NCBI GenBank assembly: GCA_937911225.1
Contig: CALDQM010000104.1
Span: 7,938 to 71,937 of the forward strand
DNA: 64,000 bases
Reading direction: 5' to 3'
DNA from: an uncultured Cellvibrionales bacterium
GTDB lineage: Bacteria; Pseudomonadota; Gammaproteobacteria; Pseudomonadales; Porticoccaceae
Every line of letters begins with the position of its first letter. The first letter of the stretch is position 1. A program made the position numbers and the translations under genes. The notes below the pieces were generated by a model, which saw only the letters and a list, made by a program, of their open reading frames with translations, was not told the origin of the DNA and ran no database searches. Below are positions 39,003 through 48,937 of the stretch, piece by piece.

Positions 39003-39791
39003 TCAGTCATCCAAAAACTGTTTATGCATTTGGCCTAAATCAGCTTCTGACAACCCCAATGCATCCATTAGATAGCTTTTTATTGAGCCATAACGCTCAT
39101 CAATGGCATCCAAGAATGCGTCTATATTATCTCGGTGCACAGACACATAGGGAGTAAGCCATGCCCTCTCCCAACTTTCGACCTTAGCCTCTTTCAAATG
39201 GCCCTCAATGATCTCGATCAATTTGGTTGAATCATAATGCTCGCGAGTAAGAAGATAATCCTCAATGATGGTTTCACGCGGTACATCAAGAGCGGCTAGT
39301 ATCAGTGCGGCAGCCATACCCGTTCTATCTTTGCCCGCAGAGCAATGAAAAACACTTGAATTATCGGCATTATCAACGATCTGACGCATAAAGCGACTGA
39401 AGGCAGGGATAACAACATCGATGCAAGAACGATAAGAATTAACCACTAATTCATGCGAGGACTCTGGTGTGAGTTCTCCTTCAAACAAAAACTCCCAAAA
39501 GCGTGAAATATCACCAATAGATATCTGATAATCATCGACAAATTCGGCCCTAATTGCGCAGCTCGGCGACTGCGTTTGCTCATCTTTGCGACGAAAGTCA
39601 TGAATCTGGGTAACGCCAATATCTTCTAATACATTTAAGTCTTGTTCACTAAGATTAGCGAGGTGCCCGCAACGCATAATTTTACGCCACTTCACCGTCT
39701 TACCTTGGTTATTTGAATAGCCGCCTAAGTCACGGAAATTAATTCCTCCATCTAGGTCCACTACTCTTGAAAAAGTACTAGCTTTGCTCAT
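39003..39791 (-). CDS. Tyrosine-protein phosphatase family (IphP-like)
   Basis: GGINFRDLGGY, FHCSAGKDRTG (CX5R), ETIIEDYLLT. Confidence 0.9.
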   Translation of the reverse strand: MSKASTFSRVVDLDGGINFRDLGGYSNNQGKTVKWRKIMRCGHLANLSEQDLNVLEDIGVTQIHDFRRKDEQTQSPSCAIRAEFVDDYQISIGDISRFWEFLFEGELTPESSHELVVNSYRSCIDVVIPAFSRFMRQIVDNADNSSVFHCSAGKDRTGMAAALILAALDVPRETIIEDYLLTREHYDSTKLIEIIEGHLKEAKVESWERAWLTPYVSVHRDNIDAFLDAIDERYGSIKSYLMDALGLSEADLGQMHKQFLDD

Positions 39792-39836
39792 TTGACACTC
39801 GTTATTTCGTTAATTTTATGCAGTATTGCACAGGGT

Positions 39837-39870
39837 TAAAAACAAAACGACCCTCTTCATGAAGGTCGTT
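39837..39870 (-). terminator. Rho-independent terminator after ilvH
   Basis: Minus strand AACGACC...GGTCGTT stem followed by TTGTTTTT. Confidence 0.7.
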
Positions 39871-39905
39871 GATATTATAAAGCACAGCGTTAATATTCCT
39901 CACTA

Positions 39906-40403
39906 TCAATTAATACGAATAAACTTATCACCGCGCGAAATACCCGTCACGCCACTGCGTGAAACCTCCATAATACCAATCTGACTGACCGCTTCGATAA
40001 AGGCATTAAGTTTGTCACTATCCCCCGCTAGCTGAACAGTGTAGGTGGTTGGGGTAACATCGATAATGTGCCCTCGAAAAATTTCTACACAATTTTTCAG
40101 CTCAGCTCGACTGTCACTGTCAGCCGCCTTAATCTTCACTAACATTAACTCTCGCTCAATATGTGGCCCCTCGGTAAGATCAACCACCTTAATAGTGTCG
40201 ATTAACTTATGCAGCTGTTTAACAATCTGTTCCGCCATCTGGTCATCGCCATTGGTGGTCAGAGTTAAGCGAGACAACGTATCATCGTCAGTAGGGGCCA
40301 CCGCCAGCGTATCAATATTGTAACCACGCTGAGAAAACAGGCCAACAACCCTGGAAAGCGCACCAGATTCATTTTCCATCAAAATAGAAATAATACGTTT
40401 CAT
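39906..40403 (-). CDS. ilvH: Acetolactate synthase small subunit; start refined to ATG 40403, which overlaps the ilvI stop (TAATG)
   Basis: [53 protein letters not shown]. Confidence 0.95.
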   Translation of the reverse strand: MKRIISILMENESGALSRVVGLFSQRGYNIDTLAVAPTDDDTLSRLTLTTNGDDQMAEQIVKQLHKLIDTIKVVDLTEGPHIERELMLVKIKAADSDSRAELKNCVEIFRGHIIDVTPTTYTVQLAGDSDKLNAFIEAVSQIGIMEVSRSGVTGISRGDKFIRIN

Positions 40404-42139
40404 TAGGTTCTCTCCGTCTTGTTCAGCCATAGATCGCGCATAGAACCACCGGGCATCTGCATGGGGTACACATGCTCAGAGCGATCAACACAGACATCCA
40501 TAAATACCGTGCGGTCTTTCATAGCAAAGCACTCGCGCATTTTCTCTTCCAGCTCATCGATATGGGTAATCTTCATACCCACATGACCATAGGCTTCTGC
40601 CAATTTAACAAAATCAGGCAGAGAGTCTTCGTATACAGACTCAGAGTAACGGCTGCTGTAATTCATATCCTGCCACTGGCGAACCATTCCTAAGGCAGCA
40701 TTATTCAAGTTGATAATCTTGACCGGCAAATTGTGTTGAGTGCAGGTCGATAGCTCCTGAATACACATCTGGATGCTGCCCTCACCTGTCACACAGGCGA
40801 CGTCAGTATCTGGGAAAGCGCGCTTGCAACCCATAGCCGCAGGCAAACCAAACCCCATAGTGCCAAGGCCGCCAGAATTGATCCAGGTACGGGGCTTATC
40901 AAACCGATAATACTGCGCAGCAAACATCTGATGCTGGCCCACATCCGAGGTGACAATAGCCTTGCCGTCGGTCACTTTGTAGAGCATCTTAATCACATCT
41001 TGAGGCTTGATTAAGTTACCCACGCTGGGCTCGTAGCGAGACGCTGTATACAGGCCTTTGTCCGCACGCCATTGGTCAATCTGTTGCCACCATTCGGCCA
41101 GAGCCTTTGCGTCCGGCTCTATATCCATCTGCTCGGCGATACTCATCATCTCTACCAATACCGAAGTACAGGTGCCAACAATAGGAATGTGAGCCTCAAT
41201 ATTTTTTGACACTGTTGTCGGGTCTACATCGACATGGATAATCGTTGCCATAGGGCAGAATTTTTCTAAGTCGTTAGTCACTCGGTCATCAAACCGAGCG
41301 CCGATAGCAAAGATCACATCCGCATGGTGCATCGCCGTATTGGCTTCGTAAGTACCGTGCATACCCAGCATGCCCAAGTTCTGTCTATCAGTGCTTGGGT
41401 AGCCACCCAGGCCCATCAGAGTATTGGTCACTGGGAAGTTAAGCTTTTGCGCCAAGGCAATAAGATGCGGCGCTGCATTGTCGATAACAATACCGCCACC
41501 CGCATAAATAACCGGGCGCTTGGCCTCGATCAAGGTTTTAACCGCACGCTTTATCTGCCCGCGATGACCCTTGTCCGTAGGCTGGTAAGAGCGCATTTTG
41601 GTCTCGGTCGGCCAGTGGTAAGGCACCTTATAACTAGGATCAGTAACATCTTTAGGGATATCAACAACCACAGGACCGGGACGGCCAGTAGACGCAATGT
41701 AATAAGCCTTGGCGATAGTCTCGGCAATGTCTTCTGCCCGAGTGACCAAAAAACTGTGCTTAACGATCGGGCGTGACACCCCGACCATATCGGTTTCCTG
41801 AAAGGCATCCTGACCAATCTTGCTCAGAGGCACCTGCCCAGAAATAACCACCAGAGGAATTGAATCCATGTAGGCCGTCGCAATACCGGTAATCGCGTTG
41901 GTCGCACCGGGACCAGAGGTCACCAGCGCCGTACCCACTTTACCGGTCGCGCGAGAAAATCCGTCAGCAGCATGCACAGCGGCTTGCTCGTGACGAACCA
42001 AAATATGAAAGACGTCATCCTGTCGATACAGGGCGTCATAGATATGCAGCGCAGCACCGCCGGGGTAACCCCAAACGTCTTTTACGCCTACATCTTTTAA
42101 AGCACGGATTAAAATATCACCGCCCGATAAATTTTCCAA
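40403..42139 (-). CDS. ilvI: Acetolactate synthase large subunit
   Basis: [53 protein letters not shown]. Confidence 0.96.
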   Translation of the reverse strand: MENLSGGDILIRALKDVGVKDVWGYPGGAALHIYDALYRQDDVFHILVRHEQAAVHAADGFSRATGKVGTALVTSGPGATNAITGIATAYMDSIPLVVISGQVPLSKIGQDAFQETDMVGVSRPIVKHSFLVTRAEDIAETIAKAYYIASTGRPGPVVVDIPKDVTDPSYKVPYHWPTETKMRSYQPTDKGHRGQIKRAVKTLIEAKRPVIYAGGGIVIDNAAPHLIALAQKLNFPVTNTLMGLGGYPSTDRQNLGMLGMHGTYEANTAMHHADVIFAIGARFDDRVTNDLEKFCPMATIIHVDVDPTTVSKNIEAHIPIVGTCTSVLVEMMSIAEQMDIEPDAKALAEWWQQIDQWRADKGLYTASRYEPSVGNLIKPQDVIKMLYKVTDGKAIVTSDVGQHQMFAAQYYRFDKPRTWINSGGLGTMGFGLPAAMGCKRAFPDTDVACVTGEGSIQMCIQELSTCTQHNLPVKIINLNNAALGMVRQWQDMNYSSRYSESVYEDSLPDFVKLAEAYGHVGMKITHIDELEEKMRECFAMKDRTVFMDVCVDRSEHVYPMQMPGGSMRDLWLNKTERT

Positions 42140-42447
42140 AATAGTTCCTCACAAATCAGTTGTGTGAAATTTTCCAGTCAGAGGTAGGCTGTAACATCAA
42201 AAGAGACACCGCAAATGCAGCATGTTCAGTCACACGGATGAGTGCTTTTGACTGACGTTAGAGCTATGGGTAATAGCGCTATCTTTGTTGATGACCAGCG
42301 ACATGGGTTACGCCTGTCTGGTACTTTTTCTGTAATCTCCAGCAAAGGTATTAGCTGGAATATCAGTACCTTAACAGTTTGCGCTGTTTAGTCAATGAAT
42401 TACCGAATGCAACTCGACTAGAACTAACGGGCAAGCCGCAAAAACGA

Positions 42448-42477
42448 TTGACAAAAAATCAGCACTTGAGCGATTAT
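42448..42477 (+). promoter_or_regulatory. Candidate sigma-70 promoter of the amidohydrolase gene
   Basis: Perfect TTGACA, then N18, then GATTAT. Confidence 0.4.
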
Positions 42478-42521
42478 AGCGCGCCTTCAGCGTAGTTTCC
42501 GAGGGCATCACTTTTCAAGTA

Positions 42522-44228
42522 ATGGAGATTGTTTTGATACGAATACGCCCGAAGACACTATTAAAGAATGTGCTAGTAGTATTAGCTATCCCATTACTAC
42601 TTCTGATCGCTAGTTGTAGCGAAACACCTCAATCAGAGACTACCGTGCTTACTAATATCAACGGTTATAGCTTTGATAATGCCCGTGAGCTCGAACAATT
42701 TACGACACTGGTGTTTGATTCAGGGAAGGTTGTCGCGAGAGGAGATGATAGGCTTCTACAGAACTTTGCTGATGCAACTATTATTGATGGGCAAGGAAAG
42801 ACCTTAATTCCAGGTATCACCGATGCACATGGCCATGTCTCTAGCCTCGGTTACACACTACTTCAGATAGATCTTCGTGATACTAATTCGGCTCGTCAAG
42901 CGGCTACACAAATTGCTGCTTATGCCAAAGAAAAGCCTTATCTGAAGTGGATACAAGGACGAGGATGGAATCAGGTATTGTGGCCGGGACAACAATTTCC
43001 TAGCGCTAAAATTCTTGACGAATTAGTCTCTGATAGGCCAATTTGGCTGGAAAGGATCGATGGACATGCTGGCTGGGCTAATAGCAAAGCACTCGCACTT
43101 GCAGGTATCAACGCTAATACCATATCACCGCCAGGTGGGGAGATATTGCGTGACGCCAACGGCCAGCCTACGGGAATCTTAGTCGATAATGCCATGAGCA
43201 TCATCAATCGAATATTACCACCGCCGAGTCCTGAAGAACTCGCTGCGGCGGTCGATGCTGCCACCAGTCATCTGTTGTCTCTTGGTATCACTTCGACCCA
43301 CGATGCAGGCGTAAGCGCTACTGAGAATCGATTCTACGCAAGTCTTGCACAGCGTAATAAGTTGGCCGTGAGACTCTACGGAATGATTTCTTCGACCGAC
43401 CCAGAGCTAGGATCTATTTTATCTGCGGGACCCATGGTTGATGAGTATGATTTATATAGTGTTAAAAGTGTCAAGGTTTATACCGATGGTGCATTGGGAA
43501 GCCGAGGCGCAGCATTACTTCAACCCTATACAGATCGACCTGATCATAGCGGTCTTTTGCTAACCTCTCAGCAACAGCTAAGAAGTATATTTAATGATGC
43601 GATCAAAGCAAATTTTCAAGTCGCCATCCACGCAATTGGGGATAAGGGTAACCAAATCGGCTTGGATGAGGTTGAGTATGCTTACAGTACGGTTGGCGGA
43701 GAAAATCTGAGGCATAGAATGGAGCATGCGCAGATCGTCGCTCTGACTGATATACCGAGATTTAAGACGTTAAACGTTATCCCTTCGATGCAGCCAACGC
43801 ACGCTACTAGTGATATGAATATGGCTGAAGCACGAATTGGTCCCGAGCGCTTAAAAGGAGCCTATGCTTGGCGTAGTTTTCTTGATCAGGGTAGTCGATT
43901 GGTTTCTGGATCTGACTATCCGATTGAGTTAGCTAACCCTTTTCATGGCATTCATGCAGCAGTTACTCGGCAAAACAAAAAGAATAAACCCGATAACGGC
44001 TGGGTACCTGAGCAAGCGATTACAATAGAAGAAGCAATGCGATCATTTACCATAGATGCCGCATGGGCTGCTCATCAAGAAAACGTCCTAGGTGGATTGA
44101 GTGCCGGAAAATGGGCAGACTTCATCCTCATTGATCAAGATATCTTCACGATACCGTCTCAAGATCTGTGGAAAACAGAGGTTTTGCAAACATGGCTGGC
44201 AGGAAAGCAAGTGTACAAAAAACCATGA
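42522..44228 (+). CDS. Amidohydrolase family 3 (YtcJ-like) with a predicted lipoprotein signal
   Basis: PGITDAHGH, HAIGD, RMEHAQ, GSDYP, GKWADF; hydrophobic stretch ending in the lipobox IASC. Confidence 0.88.
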   Translation: MEIVLIRIRPKTLLKNVLVVLAIPLLLLIASCSETPQSETTVLTNINGYSFDNARELEQFTTLVFDSGKVVARGDDRLLQNFADATIIDGQGKTLIPGITDAHGHVSSLGYTLLQIDLRDTNSARQAATQIAAYAKEKPYLKWIQGRGWNQVLWPGQQFPSAKILDELVSDRPIWLERIDGHAGWANSKALALAGINANTISPPGGEILRDANGQPTGILVDNAMSIINRILPPPSPEELAAAVDAATSHLLSLGITSTHDAGVSATENRFYASLAQRNKLAVRLYGMISSTDPELGSILSAGPMVDEYDLYSVKSVKVYTDGALGSRGAALLQPYTDRPDHSGLLLTSQQQLRSIFNDAIKANFQVAIHAIGDKGNQIGLDEVEYAYSTVGGENLRHRMEHAQIVALTDIPRFKTLNVIPSMQPTHATSDMNMAEARIGPERLKGAYAWRSFLDQGSRLVSGSDYPIELANPFHGIHAAVTRQNKKNKPDNGWVPEQAITIEEAMRSFTIDAAWAAHQENVLGGLSAGKWADFILIDQDIFTIPSQDLWKTEVLQTWLAGKQVYKKP

Positions 44229-44247
44229 CACCAGCTGAGCATTTACG

Positions 44248-45108
44248 CTAGTTTCCGGTCACACTGACGTTATCAATCAATCTAGCCGACTCGGTGAAAA
44301 TAGCACCCAGAATAGTGATTTCAGAATCATCATCGGCGGCTAAGTCTAACGTTTTACTGTTACTACAGGTGATGTAATCAACCTTAAATCCGGCCTGTTC
44401 TATCTGCTCGGTTGCCAAGGCCTCTAGGTCAGAAAAGTGGCGATTGCCGCTTGCAATTTGAGCAGCCATCCAATCCAAAGAATTTTTCAATACAATTACT
44501 TTAGGTCTCTCATTATCGGTAATATAGCGATTGCGAGAACTCATCGCTAGCCCGTCAGTTTCGCGATGAATAGGTGCCGAGGTAACTTGAATCGGCAGAC
44601 ATAGATCTTCAACCATACGACGAATTACAGCTAGTTGCTGGTAATCTTTAATACCAAATATCGCCTCATCAGGCTGCACTATGTTAAAAAGCTTACTGAC
44701 TACGGTGGTTACGCCCTCAAAATGGCCTGGCCGACTTGCCCCGCACAGCACATCGGTCATAGTCGGACAGATCACCCTACTCTGAGTGTCTAGCCCATTG
44801 GGATACATCTCAATATCATCGGGGTGGAAAAGGTAGTCACAGCCGGCGTCTCGTAGCTTTTCGCAATCTGATTGATAGGTACGTGGATACTTATCCCAGT
44901 CTTCATTCAGACTAAATTGTAATGCATTGACGAAGATGGAGCAGACAACAATATCATTGGTCTGCTTAGCCTGTTCTAAGAGGGCCAAGTGCCCGTCATG
45001 CAAATTACCCATGGTTGGAACAAAACCTACCCTAGAGCCCTTTAATCGATCTTTAGTAAGATCCTCGCGCAGAGCATTAACCGAGTGAAATATTTTCACT
45101 CGTAACAA
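44248..45108 (-). CDS. panC: Pantoate--beta-alanine ligase
   Basis: [50 protein letters not shown]. Confidence 0.96.
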   Translation of the reverse strand: MLRVKIFHSVNALREDLTKDRLKGSRVGFVPTMGNLHDGHLALLEQAKQTNDIVVCSIFVNALQFSLNEDWDKYPRTYQSDCEKLRDAGCDYLFHPDDIEMYPNGLDTQSRVICPTMTDVLCGASRPGHFEGVTTVVSKLFNIVQPDEAIFGIKDYQQLAVIRRMVEDLCLPIQVTSAPIHRETDGLAMSSRNRYITDNERPKVIVLKNSLDWMAAQIASGNRHFSDLEALATEQIEQAGFKVDYITCSNSKTLDLAADDDSEITILGAIFTESARLIDNVSVTGN

Positions 45109-45123
45109 CCTACTGGCAATGTG

Positions 45124-46572
45124 TTATTGCTCAGCAAAATGATCACTAGCGAGATTTTCGAATCGAGTGTACTTACCCATGAACATCAAACGACAAGTGC
45201 CAATCGGTCCATTACGCTGCTTCCCGATAATAATCTCCGCGGTTCCTTTATCTGGACTATCTTCGTTATAGACTTCATCACGATAAATAAACGCAATAAC
45301 ATCAGCGTCCTGCTCGATGGCTCCAGATTCTCTAAGGTCGGCATTTACTGGGCGTTTATTTGGCCGTTGCTCAACATTACGACTGAGCTGAGATAGCGCA
45401 ATCATCGGGCACTCATACTCTCTGGCAAGACCCTTGAGTTCACGCGAAATTTGCGAAATTTCTTGTACACGTCCCTCAGCAGAATTACTACCATTCATCA
45501 ATTGTAGATAATCGACCATAATCATACCGGGCTGAGCTTGTGCATACAGTGCCTCAGTGTCTGCTGGAGTATTGGGGCCATGCTCTTTGTGCCATTCACT
45601 GCGCAGTTGTTCCACCCGCTCACGGGTGAATTGCTTAATCCTATTGCGCATCTCTAGTGGCGTTATACCTGCTGAATCATCAATAAATAACGGTTTGTCT
45701 TTTAACCTTTGCGCCGCGCTACTTAGGCGTGGCCAGTCATCTTCGACCAAATTGCCAGACCTCATACGTGTTTGGTCAATTTTCCCAATTGAGGATAACA
45801 TCCTTATTATTAATTGATTAGCAGGCATTTCTAGCGAAAAGACCAATACTGGACGGTCTTGATGCAACGTTGCATGCTCCACCATATTCATTGCAAATGC
45901 CGTCTTACCCATAGAGGGACGACCCGCAATAATCACCAAATCTGACTTTTGCCAACCCGAGGTCATTTTGTCAAGATCGGAGAAACCAGTGCTTAGACCA
46001 GTAATTTCAGCGTCGTTATTAAAAAGTTCATCGAGCCGTTCGACAGCCTCTTTGATCAAACTGTTAACTTCTTTAAAGCCGCCCTTTTTTGGACGATTTT
46101 CAATAATTTCTTGAAGTCTACTCTCTGCCTCAGCAAGCAGCTTAGAACTGTCCCAGCCTAAAGGGTTATAGCCTTTGCGGACTATCTCACTAGCTGCACC
46201 AATCAGTTGCCGAACAATTGAGCGCTCCAAAACAATCTGTGTGTAAGCCTTAATATTGGCAGAGCTCGGCGTGCTGGTGGCTAAATCAACCAAATATTCG
46301 GCACCACCAACGGATGACAGTTCGTTAGAGTTTTGAAGAGATTCCGCTAAAGTAATTGGATCAAAAGGCTGATCTTCAGCGGCCAATCGACCCATGGCGC
46401 TAAAGATTAGCTGGTGATCTTTACTGTAGAAATCACTTTCCGCTAAGATCTCAGCTATAGAATCAAACGCATCATTTTTAAGCATGAGACCACCGATAAC
46501 AGCCTGCTCTGCCTCAATAGAATGGGGGAGAGGTTGGCTTATACTTGGCTCTGCAAATAATGCTTCGTTCAT
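45124..46572 (-). CDS. dnaB: Replicative DNA helicase with a ~25-aa insertion
   Basis: PHSIEAEQAVIGG, GRPSMGKT, VDYLQLM, SQLSRNVEQRPNKRP, DLRESGAIEQDAD, KQRNGP. Confidence 0.97.
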   Translation of the reverse strand: MNEALFAEPSISQPLPHSIEAEQAVIGGLMLKNDAFDSIAEILAESDFYSKDHQLIFSAMGRLAAEDQPFDPITLAESLQNSNELSSVGGAEYLVDLATSTPSSANIKAYTQIVLERSIVRQLIGAASEIVRKGYNPLGWDSSKLLAEAESRLQEIIENRPKKGGFKEVNSLIKEAVERLDELFNNDAEITGLSTGFSDLDKMTSGWQKSDLVIIAGRPSMGKTAFAMNMVEHATLHQDRPVLVFSLEMPANQLIIRMLSSIGKIDQTRMRSGNLVEDDWPRLSSAAQRLKDKPLFIDDSAGITPLEMRNRIKQFTRERVEQLRSEWHKEHGPNTPADTEALYAQAQPGMIMVDYLQLMNGSNSAEGRVQEISQISRELKGLAREYECPMIALSQLSRNVEQRPNKRPVNADLRESGAIEQDADVIAFIYRDEVYNEDSPDKGTAEIIIGKQRNGPIGTCRLMFMGKYTRFENLASDHFAEQ

Positions 46573-46651
46573 AACAATGGGACGGACCTGTGCAAATGGA
46601 CTTAAGTTAACGAGCGCTTAGGCGTCAGTATATTTATTAAACCACACAAAC

Positions 46652-46688
46652 AAAAACGGCACTGCATCTTATCAAGAAGCGGTGCCGT
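46652..46688 (-). terminator. Rho-independent terminator after rplI
   Basis: Minus strand ACGGCAC...GTGCCGT stem followed by TTTT. Confidence 0.7.
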
Positions 46689-46727
46689 CTTTAAACTATT
46701 TTCAATGCTTTTAAAAAAACCGTGAAA

Positions 46728-47177
46728 TTATTCCGCCTCAATAACGACAGTAATAGTTTCAGTGATATCCGAATGAAGTTGCACATCAACCGCGAATTCA
46801 CCGACGTGCCGCAAAGCCCCTTCAGGAAGGCTAATCTCATTCTTAGTAATATCGCCACCTGCAGCCATAATGGCATCTTCAAGCTCACGCGCACCTACTG
46901 AACCGAATAGCTTACCTTCGTCGCCAGCAATGGCAGATATAGTAATCGTACCAATTGCTTTCAACTTATCAGCTCTAATCTGAGCCAAACCTAGTTTGTC
47001 GGCTGCTTTAGCCTCAAGGTCTGCACGGCGCAGTTCAAAGTCAGCGGTATTTTTTTCTGTAGCAAATACAGCCTTACCATGGGGAATGAGATAGTTGCGA
47101 CCAAAACCAGCCTTAACATTGGCCTTGTCTCCGATATTGCCCAATTTACCTATTTTTTCAAGCAGAATAACTTCCAT
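46728..47177 (-). CDS. rplI: 50S ribosomal protein L9
   Basis: MEVILLEKI..LG, VKAGFGRNYLIP, GKLFGSV. Confidence 0.98.
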   Translation of the reverse strand: MEVILLEKIGKLGNIGDKANVKAGFGRNYLIPHGKAVFATEKNTADFELRRADLEAKAADKLGLAQIRADKLKAIGTITISAIAGDEGKLFGSVGARELEDAIMAAGGDITKNEISLPEGALRHVGEFAVDVQLHSDITETITVVIEAE

Positions 47178-47201
47178 CGTAAAACCCTCACTGTTGCTCC
47201 A

Positions 47202-48056
47202 TTAGCTCTGATTATCAGCCACTAATCTTGCTCTTAAATTTAAAACACTATCGATTGCGCCGAGCGCCACCAATAAACCAGACATTACAGGCCCCAAAAA
47301 GAGCCCTAAATACATTAAAACCAACCAATAGCCTCCCGCCTTTTTGACCTTGGCGGTATAGTGCAGCAGAGACAGGCCACACACGATCAGAGGGATTGAC
47401 GCCAACTGCAACCAAAACTGAAATTCACTTAGCAAAGTGAACCCCAAGATGACCAGTAGCAAACACCCCAAACCAACCTTTGACTCCAGCCGAATCCCTT
47501 GGAATTCTTGTTGGAACCCTCCAGGGTTAAACAGCAGAGCTTGCCACCATCGTGCAACAACCACTCCAAGCAAGGCGCTGAACGCTGTCATCCAAGCGAC
47601 CCAAGCTAAAACGCCACTCGTGTCGGGCATAACATAATCTTTCTCTAGCTGCTCTGAGACGCTTACAAACAGCTCCGTTAGATCTGACATCATTACACCC
47701 AGATCGGTTCGAAACACAACACCAGCAACAACCACGAAGCCAACCGCGACGCATACGTCGCTCACTAATGCCAAACTCCAGCTAGCAGTCCCTCTGAGAA
47801 CGTTGGCTACTATTAAGGTGTTAGCCAACGCTAAAATCGACATCACTGCAACAAACGGACTCGACTGCCCTGCAAAGTAGCTCACCACGAAGGGCAATGA
47901 CGCCCAAAGAGCAACCAGTGCACCTTCAACACTACCCTTTCGCAGAGTTACTAACCCTACCGCTGCTGGCCCGATTAACGGTACCAAGACACCTAAGAGG
48001 GCAACCAAGCAAGCCTGCGCTCGCCCGCGCATTATAAATTCAGCTAGGCTTCGCAC
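47202..48056 (-). CDS. Polytopic membrane protein between rpsR and rplI (YybS/DUF2232-like)
   Basis: Many TM segments; RWWQALLFNPGGFQQEF; position matches the Pseudomonas-type rpsR-X-rplI layout. Confidence 0.8.
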   Translation of the reverse strand: MRSLAEFIMRGRAQACLVALLGVLVPLIGPAAVGLVTLRKGSVEGALVALWASLPFVVSYFAGQSSPFVAVMSILALANTLIVANVLRGTASWSLALVSDVCVAVGFVVVAGVVFRTDLGVMMSDLTELFVSVSEQLEKDYVMPDTSGVLAWVAWMTAFSALLGVVVARWWQALLFNPGGFQQEFQGIRLESKVGLGCLLLVILGFTLLSEFQFWLQLASIPLIVCGLSLLHYTAKVKKAGGYWLVLMYLGLFLGPVMSGLLVALGAIDSVLNLRARLVADNQS

Positions 48057-48072
48057 TGCTCAATACACTCTG

Positions 48073-48300
48073 TTACTTATGGCTGTCAGTATAAGGTAGC
48101 AGCGCGATGTAGCGCGCGCGCTTAATGGCTTCTGACAGTTCACGTTGATACCGAGCCTTTGTTCCAGTAATGCGACTAGGTACAATTTTTCCGCTCTCCG
48201 ATACGTAGCCTTTCAGCGTATCTAAGTCCTTATAATCGATCTCCGTTGCGCCTTCAGCGGTGAAACGACAAAATTTTCTACGACGTACAAATTTAGCCAT
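48073..48300 (-). CDS. rpsR: 30S ribosomal protein S18
   Basis: [36 protein letters not shown]. Confidence 0.99.
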   Translation of the reverse strand: MAKFVRRRKFCRFTAEGATEIDYKDLDTLKGYVSESGKIVPSRITGTKARYQRELSEAIKRARYIALLPYTDSHK

Positions 48301-48302
48301 GA

Positions 48303-48776
48303 TTATTCTCCACCTTCCGAGTCAGATTCAGCTTCAGTAACTTCAGCTACCGGGGCAGCTGGCTCTTCAGGTTTTGCAGCAGCTTTCTCAGCGGCTTCAG
48401 CCTTAATACGAGCTGCATTACGGCGCTCACGAGCTTCTTTATCAGCTTTATCAGCATTCTCAAGTTTCATAATCGGTGATTCGCCAGTAACCGCATCATT
48501 ACGTCGGATCACCATGCTTCGAATCACTGCATCATTATATCGAAAGGTTGCATTTAGCTCATCAAGGACTTCTTGTCCGCACTCGATATTCATCAAGATA
48601 TAGTGAGCTTTGTGGATTTTGTTGATTGGGTAAGCCAACTGACGTCGACCCCAGTCTTCGCTTCTGTGAACTTTTCCGCCGCCAGCAGCAACCGATGCGC
48701 CATAGCGCTCGACCATACCTGGGACTTGTTCGCTTTGGTCAGGATGGACCAAAAACACGACTTCATAGTGACGCAT
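48303..48776 (-). CDS. rpsF: 30S ribosomal protein S6 with a long Ala/Glu/Lys-rich tail; start refined to ATG 48776
   Basis: [42 protein letters not shown]; GAGGAG SD before 48776. Confidence 0.97.
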   Translation of the reverse strand: MRHYEVVFLVHPDQSEQVPGMVERYGASVAAGGGKVHRSEDWGRRQLAYPINKIHKAHYILMNIECGQEVLDELNATFRYNDAVIRSMVIRRNDAVTGESPIMKLENADKADKEARERRNAARIKAEAAEKAAAKPEEPAAPVAEVTEAESDSEGGE

Positions 48777-48781
48777 TGTAT

Positions 48782-48840
48782 CTCCTCGTGGGTTAAAGAG
48801 TCTCCCGTTAGCGGCATGTGCCACGCGGTAAGACAAGGAG
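48782..48840 (-). promoter_or_regulatory. Structured rpsF 5' leader, candidate S6:S18 autoregulatory RNA
   Basis: CTCCTTGT (48833-48840) pairs over 8 bp with ACGAGGAG (48782-48789), which contains the SD; a CCC lies just 5' of the SD strand and an inner GGC-ACAT-GCC hairpin is present. Confidence 0.6.
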
Positions 48841-48937
48841 TGCCGAGACATTTTTGACTCGACGCTTTTAAGGCGACGCATTGTAGTTACTTAAGTAGCT
48901 GCTTGCAACTCACTTTATTAAGTTAATGCACTAATTC

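Noticed and set aside
42190-42305. Short uORFs upstream of ilvI (MSLVINKDSAITHSSNVSQKHSSV*, MLHLRCLF*)
   Set aside because: No tandem Ile/Leu/Val control codons, no SD and no terminator/antiterminator pair.
45532-45618. Intein in dnaB
   Set aside because: The insert is far too short and lacks the N-terminal Cys/Ser and C-terminal His-Asn splice residues.
48777-48881. N-terminal extension of rpsF in the ORF track; similar extensions for rlmB, ilvH, coxM, coxQ and ORF 9173
   Set aside because: Downstream starts have clear SD sequences or stop-start overlaps and match the family N-termini.
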